From positions 1 to 54,497 of the forward strand of contig MQRK01241256.1 in assembly GCA_001938485.1 (NCBI GenBank): a stretch of DNA of 54,497 nucleotides, written 5' to 3'. Position 1 is the first letter of the stretch. Each line of letters starts with the position of its first letter. The notes beneath the pieces are model-generated. The model saw only the letters and a program-made list of their open reading frames with translations, had not been told where the DNA came from and did no database searches. Both the position numbers and the translations under genes were made by a program. This document shows positions 1 to 12,284 of the stretch, piece by piece. The DNA comes from Girardia tigrina. Taxonomy: Eukaryota.

Positions 1-239
1 AAATCGACATTATTGGAAATCGATAATTTCACATTTTTCGGATTCAGCACATCAACTTGTCCCGGCATGCCAATTTTCAGGTCTACAACATGAATGGGAG
101 CTGAGATATAATTGATTTTTTTAAATTTTTTGCACTTAGTTACGGTGCAATTACTCATAGTTACCGTGAGATTTTGACTAGCAACCCATAGTAATATATA
201 CTCCTTAGCAAGAGGGCTATCCAATGGAGCAATAAAAAG

Positions 240-512
240 GCCCTTAGCAANGGTTGCCATGGTAACGGNCACCTAGCAACCNAGATCAGGTTACTGGCCC
301 TTAGCAACGGTCCTTAGCAACCGTAACTAAGGTGATCGCGACCGTTTCCATGGTAACGGTAACCCCCCGTGGGACATCGCGGCCGTAACTAAGGTGATCG
401 CAACCGTTGCCATGGTAACCGCGACCGTAACTAAGGTAATCGCGACCGTTGCCATGGTAACCGCGACCGTTGCCATGGTAACCACGATAATAGGTATCGT
501 TGCCATGGTTTC
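240..512. repeat. ~21-bp-period minisatellite carrying GTTGCCATGGTAAC (RFX X-box-like) palindromes, probably inside a non-autonomous element
   Basis: GTTGCCATGGTAAC at ~253, 406, 448 and 469, near-copies at ~344 and ~499, alternating with CGCGACCGTAACTAAGGTRAT units; spacings of 21 and 42 bp. Confidence 0.85.
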
Positions 513-574
513 CTGGGGGGGGTATAGATGCCAAATGCCCATTTTCTCCCTACTAATAATGGACACATAGACTA

Positions 575-640
575 AAAAATTATTTTTTAAAAGTCTCTGG
601 GGGGCACTTACCCCCTGCCCCCCCCTATGCATACTACTGA
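575..640 (-). mobile_element. hAT-like transposon terminus
   Basis: Reverse complement reads CAGTAGTATGCATAGGGGGGGCAGGGGGTAAGTGCCCCCCAG, the G-rich CAGT... end typical of hAT/Tip100 elements; partner end not identified. Confidence 0.4.
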
Positions 641-888
641 TCATATATATGATGATAAAATGAAAAATAGTAGAGTATCAGGGAGTGAATTCACGTAAAG
701 TTGAGATAAACCTGCATAGTGCGCATCGAGACGGTTCTGTCTGTACAGCGCCTTTGATGAAAGACACCGGGAGATGACTCAATTGACTGACTGTTAAATC
801 AACACAGAATTCGAAGCATTAAATAACAAATTATAATAATTGCGATTTAAAAATTAACGCAGAAACTTTCAAAGACGAAAACTCAGCT

Positions 889-921
889 CACCCGTCCTAT
901 ATAACGGGTGTTTTTCTCGTA
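889..921 (+). mobile_element. Helitron-like 3' end (hairpin plus degenerate CTAG|T)
   Basis: CACCCGT-cctatata-ACGGGTG hairpin followed after 5 T by CTCG|T. Confidence 0.4.
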
Positions 922-3802
922 TAATATAAAAAAATTTATAAAAATTGTTGTTTAATTAAAACGAGTAAGACTGAATATTTACTCTTTTATTCAAGTAAAT
1001 ATAAGTTATATATAAATAATTCAATTAAAATCAGAGAAAATTATATTAGAAAGATTATATAGAAGAGAGAATTTGAAAGAAAAGTATAAAAAGAAAGAAT
1101 TTTTTTATTGAATTTTGTGAATTCGTCAGCACGACAGGCTCGTGAAGAGGCCGCTCGAAACATGGAAGGTGGAATCGTCGACCGAAGAGCTTTGTTCGAG
1201 CCAAGTGCATCGGTGACACAACTGTTCAATTAATGGAGATTATTGATCGACTCGGCGTCATCCACATTGTTGTCGACTGCATTGACAGCGTTCAACCCGA
1301 TAATGCCCGGAAACTCGTTGTTAATATTATTTGGTAAATCAGATTCTGATGTTGACTTTTGAGCATTAAATTCAATTGCAGGTTTGTTAAGTAGAACCGG
1401 GGAAATATTATCAGAATTAATAACGTTTAAATATTCATTTGTGATCAGCATTATAGAAAGAAATATAACAGCGACGAAAATTCTTTATTTGTTGCTTTTA
1501 ACTAATTAGCTTATTAAAACAATTACAAAGCTGACATTTAATTTTTTTAATTCACTTAAACGCAAGCAATATATTTTTTTATTTTCAATGATTTTCACGT
1601 AAAGGGTCTTTTTCTTATTTACATTAATTTCCATTGAGTAAAATTCACACAAAAAAATCACAAAATGTGAAAAATTTCAAATCATTCCAATTGCCACAAA
1701 TAATTCATTCTAAGCCAAAATAGTTTTACATAAAATTGAATTCGTTCTCGAAACCAAAAAACCGAGAATGTGGTGGCACACAACATTGAAACCTAATTAT
1801 TTTTTATTAATTAAAGAAGGTTAAATCAGGACAAGAAGTATTGTTTTAAAAGAAAAAAAGTGCATTTACAGAATTCGCTGTTCAAATAAGATTAAGTAGA
1901 CTGTTTAAACATAAGAACTGTTCAAACAAGATTTGATCGACTACTGAAGCAGGACAGCTGACTAAATTGATTTATCTGAGCATGATTGTTATTAGTGTTT
2001 CTAATTTCTCGAGTTTTTACAGATTCGAGAAATTCTCGAAAAAATTCTCGAGTCGAGAATTTGTAAAGATGTTAGAACTTTATTTTATATTGGCAAAGGG
2101 AAGTCTTTAGGGTGTGTATGTCAATATCTTCTAATAATTTTTCAATTTTTGTGAACACCTTTAGGTGTATTTGTTTCAAAGGGGCATATTTTTATATACG
2201 AAGGGGATATTATATATAGATATTTATTTTAAACAAAAAGTTCTAACAACAAATATATTTTATAACAAATGGTTTTATAACAAACAGTTAATGATCAAAA
2301 TAAAATAATTTCTAGAAATATATATTTTTCAAAAAACGTAATTTGTTACAACACGAATACGAGTTTATGATTTGGAGAAAACCCTCCTCCATGCACAACG
2401 CCCCGAACGCACGAAAACCTTGTCGAGAGTTAGTGAGGATAATCAAACTCGACTATCCCCGTTAGTTTTAAGTAGGCTCCGAGCATGCCGAAACGAAGAG
2501 CAGGAGAAGGAATCCTTGGACTCTGCCCCATGTCATTCCAAATTGAGTCCAATCGCCGGAGGATCCTTTTGAAACCCTTAGAAAATAGAAAAAGTTAATT
2601 AGCAAACATTAATTAATTAAAAAATTACCAGAATGATTCTGAGTGAATCATAGAAACCCACCATCTGTTAATCTCCGCAATAGATCCTGAATAAGCAACA
2701 GCGACATCCTGAATAAACAATTGTCAAAATTGTCCATGAATAATTCAGCTTATCGCACCCGACAACAGCGATAAACATTGCAGATGTCTGTAGTGTGCGA
2801 GCCGGCATCCGGTACATCTTGATATGAAGGATGACGTTGAACAATAATTATAATCTGCAATAATTACAGATGTCGCATCCGTGAATCACGGATTTTGCAG
2901 ATTATAAACATCAAGTGACCTTTCCTCTACCCTGTCTCGATGCAAAACCATTATGCAGGAGACCCGAACATGTTGATAAATGCCTGTACATAATCAGGTA
3001 TAAATAATCAAACATGTTTACACATTTTTGCCACAATTTTTAAAAATTATTTTGCAGACAGTTATTATGACATAATTATTGGACGTACAGTTATTTACTT
3101 TAAAATTACGTTCGTTACAGAATCCGATTTCAATTGTTCAATCGCGCATAATTTTACTTAAGAGAAATAATTAATTGAATTTTATTCGGTTGTATAAGGA
3201 TAATCGAAAGAGTAATACTAGAGGTTTTTCCTATATGTTGATTATTATTTTATTTTCTTTTATTATTTTATCTATGGCGTCATTTCATTGTTTAGTTTGA
3301 TTTTGAGTTTAATTTGATTATATGAAGTTCGATTCTTGAATTTTAATGGATTTTATTGTTTTATTTCGTTATTTAATTTTACTTATGGATACAACTTACA
3401 TATGGAATATAATATTATATCATGAGAACTGAATATATGTATTTCACAACTGATTCTCGAGTTTTTATTAATTTTGATCTGATGTCGCTTATTTCCTTGA
3501 GGCTCTCTTCGTTCGACATAATTAAAAACTAATGTTTAAACAACAACGAAAAGTAATATCAACCCTGCCGGATACTGAGACCACCAGTCGGGTCATACCG
3601 GTTACTTGTTAGAACCCGAAAGCGCTCCGAAGCACTCACAACTCGTTGATGTGCGCGGTGGAGGCGCGTCTGTCCCCTTAAATAACGATAAGTTATCCAG
3701 AGAAGTAAGGAACGTATACAAGTTGCCATTGAACTCAAAAACGGATGGGGGCTCTGAATCCACGAAAATATTGTTGAGAGAGGGGAACACGACAATTTAT
3801 TT

Positions 3803-4330
3803 TCAACAATTTTTTTTCAAAAAGTAAAATTTTAAGAAAACCAATGCATCTAGAGCTTCATCTGACAGTCGATGTTTTATATATATCTCCAATTTACTTT
3901 TAAGCTTGGCGTAAACTTCCTTTTGAAACACTAAAATTTTATTAAGAATAGTGGTTGGATTTTTGGATAGTTTTAATCCACTTTGATAAAAAGCATCTCT
4001 AATAAATTGGCTTTTTGATAAAGTGTTTATTGAAATCCCATCGAAATGGACCAATTTCGAAATCTGAAGTTCCGTCTTCATATGTTTGAAATCATAATCG
4101 AAGTGTTAATTAACTTCGTCTGAATTGATGTTTTCTTTGCAATGATTTCTTTTTTTGCTTCAAATTATGCATCTTTTGTAGGTGCCGATGTAACCCAGAT
4201 GATGATGATTTTAGGTTTTAATTTCTTTCGAGCAAATTAAATATATACCAGCTCCACATGTTTTTGAGAAATATACCCAGACATTGGTATAGGTCGTATT
4301 TGGATTTTTATCTTGACTCGTAGAGGTCAT
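3803..4330 (-). pseudogene. hAT transposase remnant: BED-finger N-terminus joined to the C-terminal dimerisation tail
   Basis: VWVYFSKTCGAGIYLICSKEIK (BED-like), then the 3803..4081 ORF ending HRLSDEALDALVFLKFYF (hAT C-terminus); catalytic core missing. Confidence 0.7.
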
Positions 4331-4499
4331 TTTTTCGTGTATTACCATTCCGTGTTTGCAATTTTTACCTGTTGTTGAATTTATAACGTTTATAAAATCA
4401 TCGTTTTTTTGTGGTGCATCGTTTGAAAAAGTTTTTTTGATTTACTTATTAAAAAAATTCTACAAAAGAAAAATAATCAAATTTTAAAAGAAGGTTGCC

Positions 4500-5750
4500 T
4501 AAATGTAAAAATGCCAGAGAATAAATGTTGGGAAAAACAGAATCATCGATCTTGGTTTTATCGATTTGTTATCGGTCATTTGCCGATGGAATTCGAACGG
4601 GAATCCGTCGATCCTGATTATCGAAAATATCTGATCGCGCAATCGCGAATCGTCGCTATAACAGGCGACTCGTACTTGGCAACGGCTCAATACGATCCCC
4701 GATGTCTCAATGTCGACCTGTCCAGAGAACGATCCCTGCCGATTTATTCGGAATTTCCCGATCCGAAATGCGGTCGGAGTCTGTGGGCGACACATTTGAC
4801 CGTAACGGACGCGATAATTTATGCGACCGATATCGGTGACATTGGTCAAATCAGTCGCACTCATCAAAAATGGGCCCTTCTTGAAGGGCTTCGAAGCCGG
4901 CATTTGGATCGTGCATCACATCTTCATGTCTGTGAGTGTTCTGTTCTCGAGGGTCCTGAAAGGCTTCCCATTGACGACAGGAACAACGAATGTTGGACTC
5001 AACGCATGCATTGGCTATGGTTTTTTTTCTAAATGATAAATTAAGGTCGTCCAGGATGTCCTCATTGGTGGTCCACCATGCACCAAGAGCACCAACAATG
5101 ATTGTGTCAAGGACGACTTTGTAACCACATACATCTTTGATTTGCAACATTAAGGGGAAATATTTGTTCACATTCTTTCGGTCAGCATTCTCAAGATTGT
5201 GCATGGGATCATAGGGACATTTTAAGTCAAGAAGGAACAAAGTATTTATTGATTCAAAGAAGATTTGCAAATCAACACGCTTCGTGGAAGGAACATACCG
5301 ACAGGTTTCATTCACATGTATTACGCCACCTGAGTGTGCTTGAATCTCAGTAGCGAAGATATCAAGCACAGCGTTGTGTCATGCATTTCAGAAGTTACTC
5401 AAGGAATTACAGTCTACCAACACATGATCAAATGTCTCATCTTTAGAGCAATCTCGTCGATAGGGAATGCGAATGATTACACTCGGTCTGCACTTAACAG
5501 GAATAGTGTATGAGCGTGTTTGATGAATAAATTGCCATTTAGCAATTGTGAGTCGACCGTTATATATTGGTGAGGTAAAGTAGGCAGATTGTGATAGAGC
5601 CACATAATATCTACCAGCACTATTCTGCTTATTCCACTGATCCAAATAGGAGTTCGACACACAATTCCTTAAGATTTTAGTTAATTTATCCTTATTGTTA
5701 GAATTAATAGTCTCAAGAGTCACTTTGCCACCAACATTCTACTCTAGGGT
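4500..5750 (-). mobile_element. 5'-truncated non-LTR retrotransposon with restriction-like endonuclease (NeSL/R5-type)
   Basis: Zn knuckle DCSKDETFDHVLVDC, (R)HNAV motif, RVDL...LLDLKCPYD...KNVNKY PD-(D/E)xK nuclease, IIVGALGAW; in-frame stops; stop at 4851 followed by a CpG-rich putative 3' UTR. Confidence 0.85.
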
Positions 5751-5942
5751 AACTATAAAGAAATCGAATTAAAACTCCATGAGTGTCTTTGAATACATGG
5801 ATGGCCTGTTGTATTTTATTCTACCATGAGTTACGTTCTTTATAAAATAATTCTTTCTTTTTTTCATTAAAAAATAAAACTGTTTTACAAATAATTAACT
5901 TTTTACAAAAACTCTGTACAATATTTTTACGATCAACATAGT

Positions 5943-6407
5943 TGTTGCGGTACACAACGTAAACAATACTTTAAAAAATAAATTTATTGCTATGATATTA
6001 AAAGTTATTTTATTAAATCCTTAACTTTTTGTATATAGATTTTAATTTTGCAAACCAGTGTTAATTATTTTTAATCAGTTTAGAAAATAAATTTTAAGAT
6101 ATTTGTGGTGATGTCATTTCTCACCACATTCAGTAATATTGAACTCCAATGATGTCAAATCTTATGACATAACTAGAGTTCAAATTCCGGTGATTTCATA
6201 TGTCATGACATCACCGGAATGTGCAATTGCAAGGTCAATTTCAATTGCATGAACTGACTCCGGGGCATATTATATAATATTGCCTTCATATAAAAGGGGG
6301 AGATTTCCAAATTTAAATGGTTATTGTACCCAATCTATATTTAATTTAAATATATTTTTATTAGCCGAATTTGTGTTCATTACAATATTCTTCAATTAAT
6401 TATAACA
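5943..6407 (+). mobile_element. Possible solo LTR
   Basis: TGTTG...AACA ends, internal TATAAAAGGGG, and a segment shared with 49870-49927; no matching TSD. Confidence 0.3.
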
Positions 6408-7786
6408 TTTTTGAAATTTTGAGACAATTTAATAATTAAAATTTTAATTGATTTTTAAATTTTTAATTCGAGACAAATGGGAAATTGAACACAATTGACA
6501 ATTTAAAATCATTTACATTTTTTTAAAATCAAATTTAGTAGGTTTTGGTTATTTTCTCGATTCTCGACTTCAAGAAATTGAGAATTCTCGCTCTAGAAAC
6601 ACTAATTGTATAACAATTTGTTATATAAAAAAGAATTCAATAAAAAGAAAAAAATTTTTCAGTAAGAGAGAAAAAAATATCCAGAATTATAACAGTACGA
6701 ATAGTATAAAGAGAAATTCTTCAAATAAGAAAGCATCGAGAATTATTTCAGTACGAATTATATAATTTATATAGTTAAAAATACAAAAAAGATAACTTCA
6801 ATATGTACGAAATGAGGCAACAGATAAAGAAAATCGTAAAAAGTTGCGCAAACTGCCAGAAAAGGAAGACTGTGACTGCAAAGACGAAAGAGAAGCACAT
6901 TAAACAATCCGCCGACGAACCATTTCAAAAAAATTATATGAACTTTTGCAGGCCATTCAGAAGGACTGTAAATGGATATTAATACATTTTAGCAATAATC
7001 TACTGATATCAGAGTGTTGCAGGACTTGAGTTATTGCGACACCATGGCGCAGGGGATTAAAGTTCGGGTCGCGGTGAGGAACAATTAAATACTTTTAATT
7101 TATATATCTCATCGAAATCAAATTCGTCGATCGCGTCATTTATCGTCTCAGTTTTTCTTTCGATCGTAGGAATCATCGCGGTATCGATTTTAAAACGGTC
7201 TTTTTCATAACTGATTTCATCACCATCATTGCGGCTTCCTCCAATGCCGTTACATTTATTACTATAAAATCTGCTCGTCTGTTCGTCATCACTGCCAAAT
7301 CCGTTATCATGGCTATTCAAAATTCAATTTAAATTAAAAACCAATTACGCCGATAAAAATTTTTATTTCAATAAAACAACGAACAAGTAATTCAATTTTT
7401 TTAAAACATTAATTGAAGAAAATAAAATATTCACATAAATTTGAATTTTTACAAATAGTTATTTTACCATTAGATTTATTATTATTTTTCTTTATTATTC
7501 GCGAAACATCGATCACTTTAGTAGGTACATCAGCTTGACCGCACTGACACACCAAGATGAGAAGACTACACGAAAGGTACTATTAGATAAATGGATTTGA
7601 TAATTCGGACCACCAAAAAAGATATACTTTGATAGAGGGAAAACTTTCAAATCAACACTCTTTAAAGAAACGACGAAAAAATTTAAGGCGGAGATAGTCT
7701 TTTCAAGTCTGTATCACCACAATACTAACTGGATCATAGAAAAACAATTCAGAACAATTAAAGATGCCATAAATATCCGATTGAAG

Positions 7787-8589
7787 TGTTGAGTATAGTA
7801 TTTAATTTAATATAAGTATTTAATTTATTGTTTTAATTAATGGATTAAATAAATTTTGTTTATCCGTCTACCATAATAAATATAAAATATATATAAACAA
7901 TTAGATTTAAATTAATAAAATGTGTAAATAAATAAGATTAGAATAATAAGGCGTTTATATGAAAAAGGTTAACAGAATTTAATTTAAATAAATAAGGGGG
8001 ATTAATATTTTAAAGGATACTATAAAAAGAAAGAGTTTTCAAGAAAAAAAAATTAAAAGGAGAAAGTTAGATTAATTAATTTTTATTATAAAAAGGGAAA
8101 CGCCCAAAATTTCAGTAGTCACTAAAAGCATATTACGAAAGGAGAAAATTTAGAATCTCACCAGGTGACAGTGAAGGAGCCATTAAGAAAGGAGAAAGTT
8201 TAAAGCGCACTCAAATTACACCTGTCTAAAGATATTTGCACCTGTCAAAAGATAAAAGGAGTGCAATTATTTTGAGAAAGGAGAGAAGAAAAGAAAAAAA
8301 ATTTAAATTATAACGCGGAAGTGAAAAACTAATTCAAGAGATTTAAAAGGTGCAATACCTATATAATTATATATTTTAATAATATATTTTTTATATATTT
8401 CAAATTCATCTCGGGATAAACAAAACATTGTTGTCCCTCTACCCAATCTTTAAATTCTTAAATAGGTCAGGTTCACTAAAAATTGTGTATCTATATTTTT
8501 GTATAATTGTGAATAAAATATAATATTTAAAGAAAAATCTTATTGTTTTATTTCTGTTTAAACATATAAAAATCACCTATATCCCAACA
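7787..8589 (+). mobile_element. Solo LTR with 4-bp TSD
   Basis: TGTTGAG...CCCAACA flanked by GAAG on both sides; integrase sequence resumes after it. Confidence 0.85.
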
Positions 8590-8712
8590 GAAGGATGAAA
8601 TGCATAGAGATTCAATTCAAGCAAAAACTGGAATATCTCCAGCCGAGATAATCTTTGGGAGAGAACTTTCACATTGGTGGAAAAAACAAGAAAAAAGTGT
8701 AGAAAAAGAAAT

Positions 8713-9579
8713 TGTTGGGGTATAAAATAAAAAATTATTTTAAAAAGTAGAATTTGTTTTAAATAATAGATAAAATAAGATATTATTTATCTTTTTACTA
8801 TTATAAATATAATTTATATATAAATAATTAAATTAAAAGCAGATAAAGAGATAAATAATCAACATCGAATAAAGTAATATTTATAGCAAGAAAATAATCA
8901 AAGTATTTTAAAAAGTGAATAGAGAAGATTAAATTAAAAGAAGGAGTATAAAAGAAAAAGATTTTGTTAAGAAAAGGACAATAATTATTTATCAAAAAGA
9001 AAGAACTTAAATTACTTATTAATTGCAGGTGAAAGACAGTCCTAATTATTTCGACTGACACAAGATAGGTTAAGAGAGACTCTTGATAAAATTTAGCATT
9101 GATATTTCATCAAGCGGCCCGATTATTCAAATCAGCTAAATTAATTAAGTCACCTACGAAGACTAATTATTTCATCTAGTTAGTACAAAAACCGGAGTAA
9201 CAAAAATTGGAGAGAACCAAATTTTGTCCGAGTAAAGATTTTGATAACGAAAACTGAATATCTTCTGAGTAAACAATTTGGTAACAGGAACTAAATATCG
9301 TCCGAGTATTAAAGACTCCGATCGAAAAGTACGAATTGATTCAAATAATAAATATATAATTTATATATTTTCACTAATATATTTTTATATAACTTAAAAT
9401 AACGATACGGTAAGTGAATTTCACTTCCTTATTTATACAAAATCTAAATTCGAATAAGCACTTTAAATTAATTTCTGTAATTTTCTGGAATATTAATAAA
9501 TATAAATCTTTATAAAGAAATAACGTTGTTTTTTGTTTTCTTTTTGAAAAAGCTCATCGATCACCTAGATACCCTAACA
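8713..9579 (+). mobile_element. Solo LTR related to 7787-8589
   Basis: TGTTGGGG...TCACCTAGATACCCTAACA, similar 3' end to the previous LTR, near-matching flanks gaaat/aaaat. Confidence 0.7.
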
Positions 9580-9790
9580 AAAATAAGAATACAATTGAAA
9601 CAAACCAAATATTTTAGGTCGGAGATAGTCTTGATAAAGAAAGATAGCCCAACAAAAGATGAGGACCGTTATATGGGACCAGCTTAAATTATAAAACAAA
9701 AACACGAAAAAAGTTATGAAATACAACTACATGATGACAGGATTTTAAACAAAAATGTAGAATGGCTAAAGCCATTTATTCCATGCGGGA

Positions 9791-10502
9791 TGTGATGAAT
9801 AATTTAAATTGTATGAATGTGCGAATATATTGATGCTGTATGTTGAATTTAGTATGCTGAACTTAGAATTGTGATTCTCCCACCCGGATGGAAATCGATA
9901 TTTTTTATATTTAAAGTGATTGACTATTCGAACATAATTAAAATAATTATTTGATAAGTTTATAGTTTTAAAATTAACAATTAAAATTAGTTTCATATTA
10001 AAAAAACAATAAAGAAAAGCATGTAAGTAGATTTAAATTAAATTCATTTTTAATAATTTTATTAAAATTTTATTATTTTAAGTTTTTATAAAGAAAAAGG
10101 TTAAAATTATTATTTTTTTAAATTAATATTTTTAGAAATTAAATATTTTAAAATGAATTAGAAAAATTGTTCGAATAAACATGATTAAAAATAGAAATAA
10201 GAAAACCAATTAGAACGATGTCAAACGGTGAAAGATCTTTCGAGTGTTGTGATGACTCTAAGTGTGATAATAATACAATCTAATGAAAATTGTCTCAATG
10301 TTATTATTAGGTAAAAAAATACGTTCTTATCAAAAATTACTATTTTTAAACATTAATTGAAATTCATTTTATATATAGAAGTGTCTGTTGTTTATCTACA
10401 TCCATTCATTTACAATGGATGAAGACAATGTGAGTGAGATATTTGAATTATTGATGTTAAAATTATAAAACTATCATATTTTTATTTTTATTTCTATTAA
10501 CA
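9791..10502 (+). mobile_element. 3' LTR of the gypsy element (CAGATGG-motif LTR family); 3' boundary uncertain
   Basis: Begins TGTGATGAATA directly after the PPT; highly similar to 29852-30370. Confidence 0.7.
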
Positions 10503-11207
10503 TTGTTATTTTTATTTTACTACTATTATTATTAGTATTGGTATTATTACGGATGTACTTGGTGATCGGTCCCCACCACTTTAAAAGTGTAAATCTTTAA
10601 GAAAAAATTATTTTAACCGGTTTACTTAAACCATTGAAGTTGTTTAAGTGTCTCTCGTGTTTTAGTTTTATCAAAAATTTTATTTTGATATTTTATTAAT
10701 AATTTTTAAAAATATTTAATTATTTTGAAAATAAATATCGACTTTTCTAAACTATTAAAAATGAATAAATATTAATAATGATAAAATTGATTTTCGTGGT
10801 TTATGATCTTACACAATTTCCAGGAGGCCTCGTCACTAAATTTTTCTATTTACTCTTCCAATTCGTCATTGCTCGAATGGCTTGTAACGGATCATAAATC
10901 AACAAAAAAAAACAAAATTTATTTCTTTTTTACATCGAATCACAATTTGTTATGAATTCAACAGAATATTTAAAGAAATTAAATATTTCTTTTTATTTCT
11001 TATTGTATTTAATTACTTTCCATAGTAATAATCATTGTATAGTTCTGCAGCGGCACACGCAAATTTTAAAATGACTATATATAAAATATTATAGGCACAC
11101 CAGGAAAAATATTTTTAAATAATTAAAAAAGTATTTTAAAAAAATTAAATCTTAAACAAAAATATATAAATATATTTATTAATAAATTATTTATATAAAT
11201 TATTTAC

Positions 11208-11634
11208 TGAATGTAAACATTTATTTACAACACAAACAGATTCTTCACAACAATTCTCAGAGGTCATCTTTCTTTGATTAATTTAGTTTTTGTTTATATA
11301 TTCAAATCTAAAAAACAATGAATGGGAAATTTTAATATTACATTTTAATTTCTTATAATTTTATTGGATAAATGTATTACGTAATTTTTTAAATGAACAT
11401 TAATTTTTAAAACATATTAAATTTAATAAGTTAAAATCGTTTACTAAAAATATTATTAAAATTCTTAATTATTAAACTTTATTTAATTAGTACTTAAAAT
11501 TAATATCATTAAATTAATATCATTAGATTTAAATAATCAATCAATAAACATATCAATCCCATGTGAGTAGGAGAGTCACCAATCTAAATAGCATACAAAC
11601 AACAAACTTACAACATTCCAAATTATCCCTGACA
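11208..11634 (-). mobile_element. Truncated solo LTR, CAGATGG-motif family
   Basis: Starts TGTCAGGGATA on minus strand, carries the family motif; its 3' part matches 34200-34395 in inverted orientation. Confidence 0.6.
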
Positions 11635-12284
11635 ATATTGATTATACAATCACTAACTTCTCTGACTTATTTTATGTATATTTTTAAATTAAATCTGTTT
11701 TGTCTCATTTTTTCAAACTATTTTTTTCTTATTTTTTCATAGAAAAAATAACTGAAAATAATTTTAAAAAGTATTCAATTAATATTATAAAAAAAATTAA
11801 TAATAAGAATACATGGAAAAATATAAAATAAGTTTTTAAACATCTTTTTCCATCTGAAATCGTGGTGCGAATATTTTCTTAAATAAGTCAGTGAAGTAAA
11901 TGATTACATAATCTATATATATATATATTGCTTTGGATTTAGCTTCTTAAAAAAATAAATTATTTTTTTAATAAAGTTTTACTTTAAAAATATATGAAAT
12001 GAAAATAATAACTTACTTATTTCTTAGCAGTTTTTTTTAGTTTAAAATCATTTTTTACCTTTTAAAGTTTTAACTTTATGTACTTTTTTATAAAATTATT
12101 TATTTTCTTTGGTTTTATAACCTTTATGTGTTTTTTTTAATTTTTACGTAATTATTTATTTTTTGTTAAAATTTTAAATTAAAAATTGTTATAAATTATT
12201 TGGCGAACATAACTTATAATCTAGAAGTCAAAATTCTTAAATATACATTTTTAATAATCCATTTTTAGTTTTAATTATTGTACA

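Larger units (their letters stand above)
1993..6604 (-). mobile_element. Internally deleted hAT DNA transposon with nested insertions
   Basis: Termini TAGTGTTTCTA...TAGAAACACTA, subterminal TTCTCGA repeats at both ends, imperfect 8-bp flanks attgttat/attgtata; transposase remnant inside. Confidence 0.6.
6680..9790 (+). mobile_element. Degenerate Ty3/gypsy integrase interrupted by three insertions, ending at a PPT
   Basis: IVKSCANCQKRK (HHCC), YILAII|DHFSRY, FGPPKKIYFDRGKTF, YHHNTNWIIEKQFRTIK, GISPAEIIFG, NVEWLKPF; then GCGGGA and TGT at 9791. Confidence 0.85.

Noticed and set aside
301-644. ORFs with YHGNG / VTMAT repeats
   Set aside because: Translations of the 21-bp minisatellite.
1138-1165. 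Hammerhead-like GTGAAGAGGCCGCTCGAAAC
   Set aside because: The core starts GUGA rather than CUGA, and I could not form stems I and III.
4499-5036. ORFs 4511..5032 (+), 4821..5036 (+) and 4499..4903 (-)
   Set aside because: Antisense or alternate frames over the retroelement end and its GC-rich tail; no recognisable domain.
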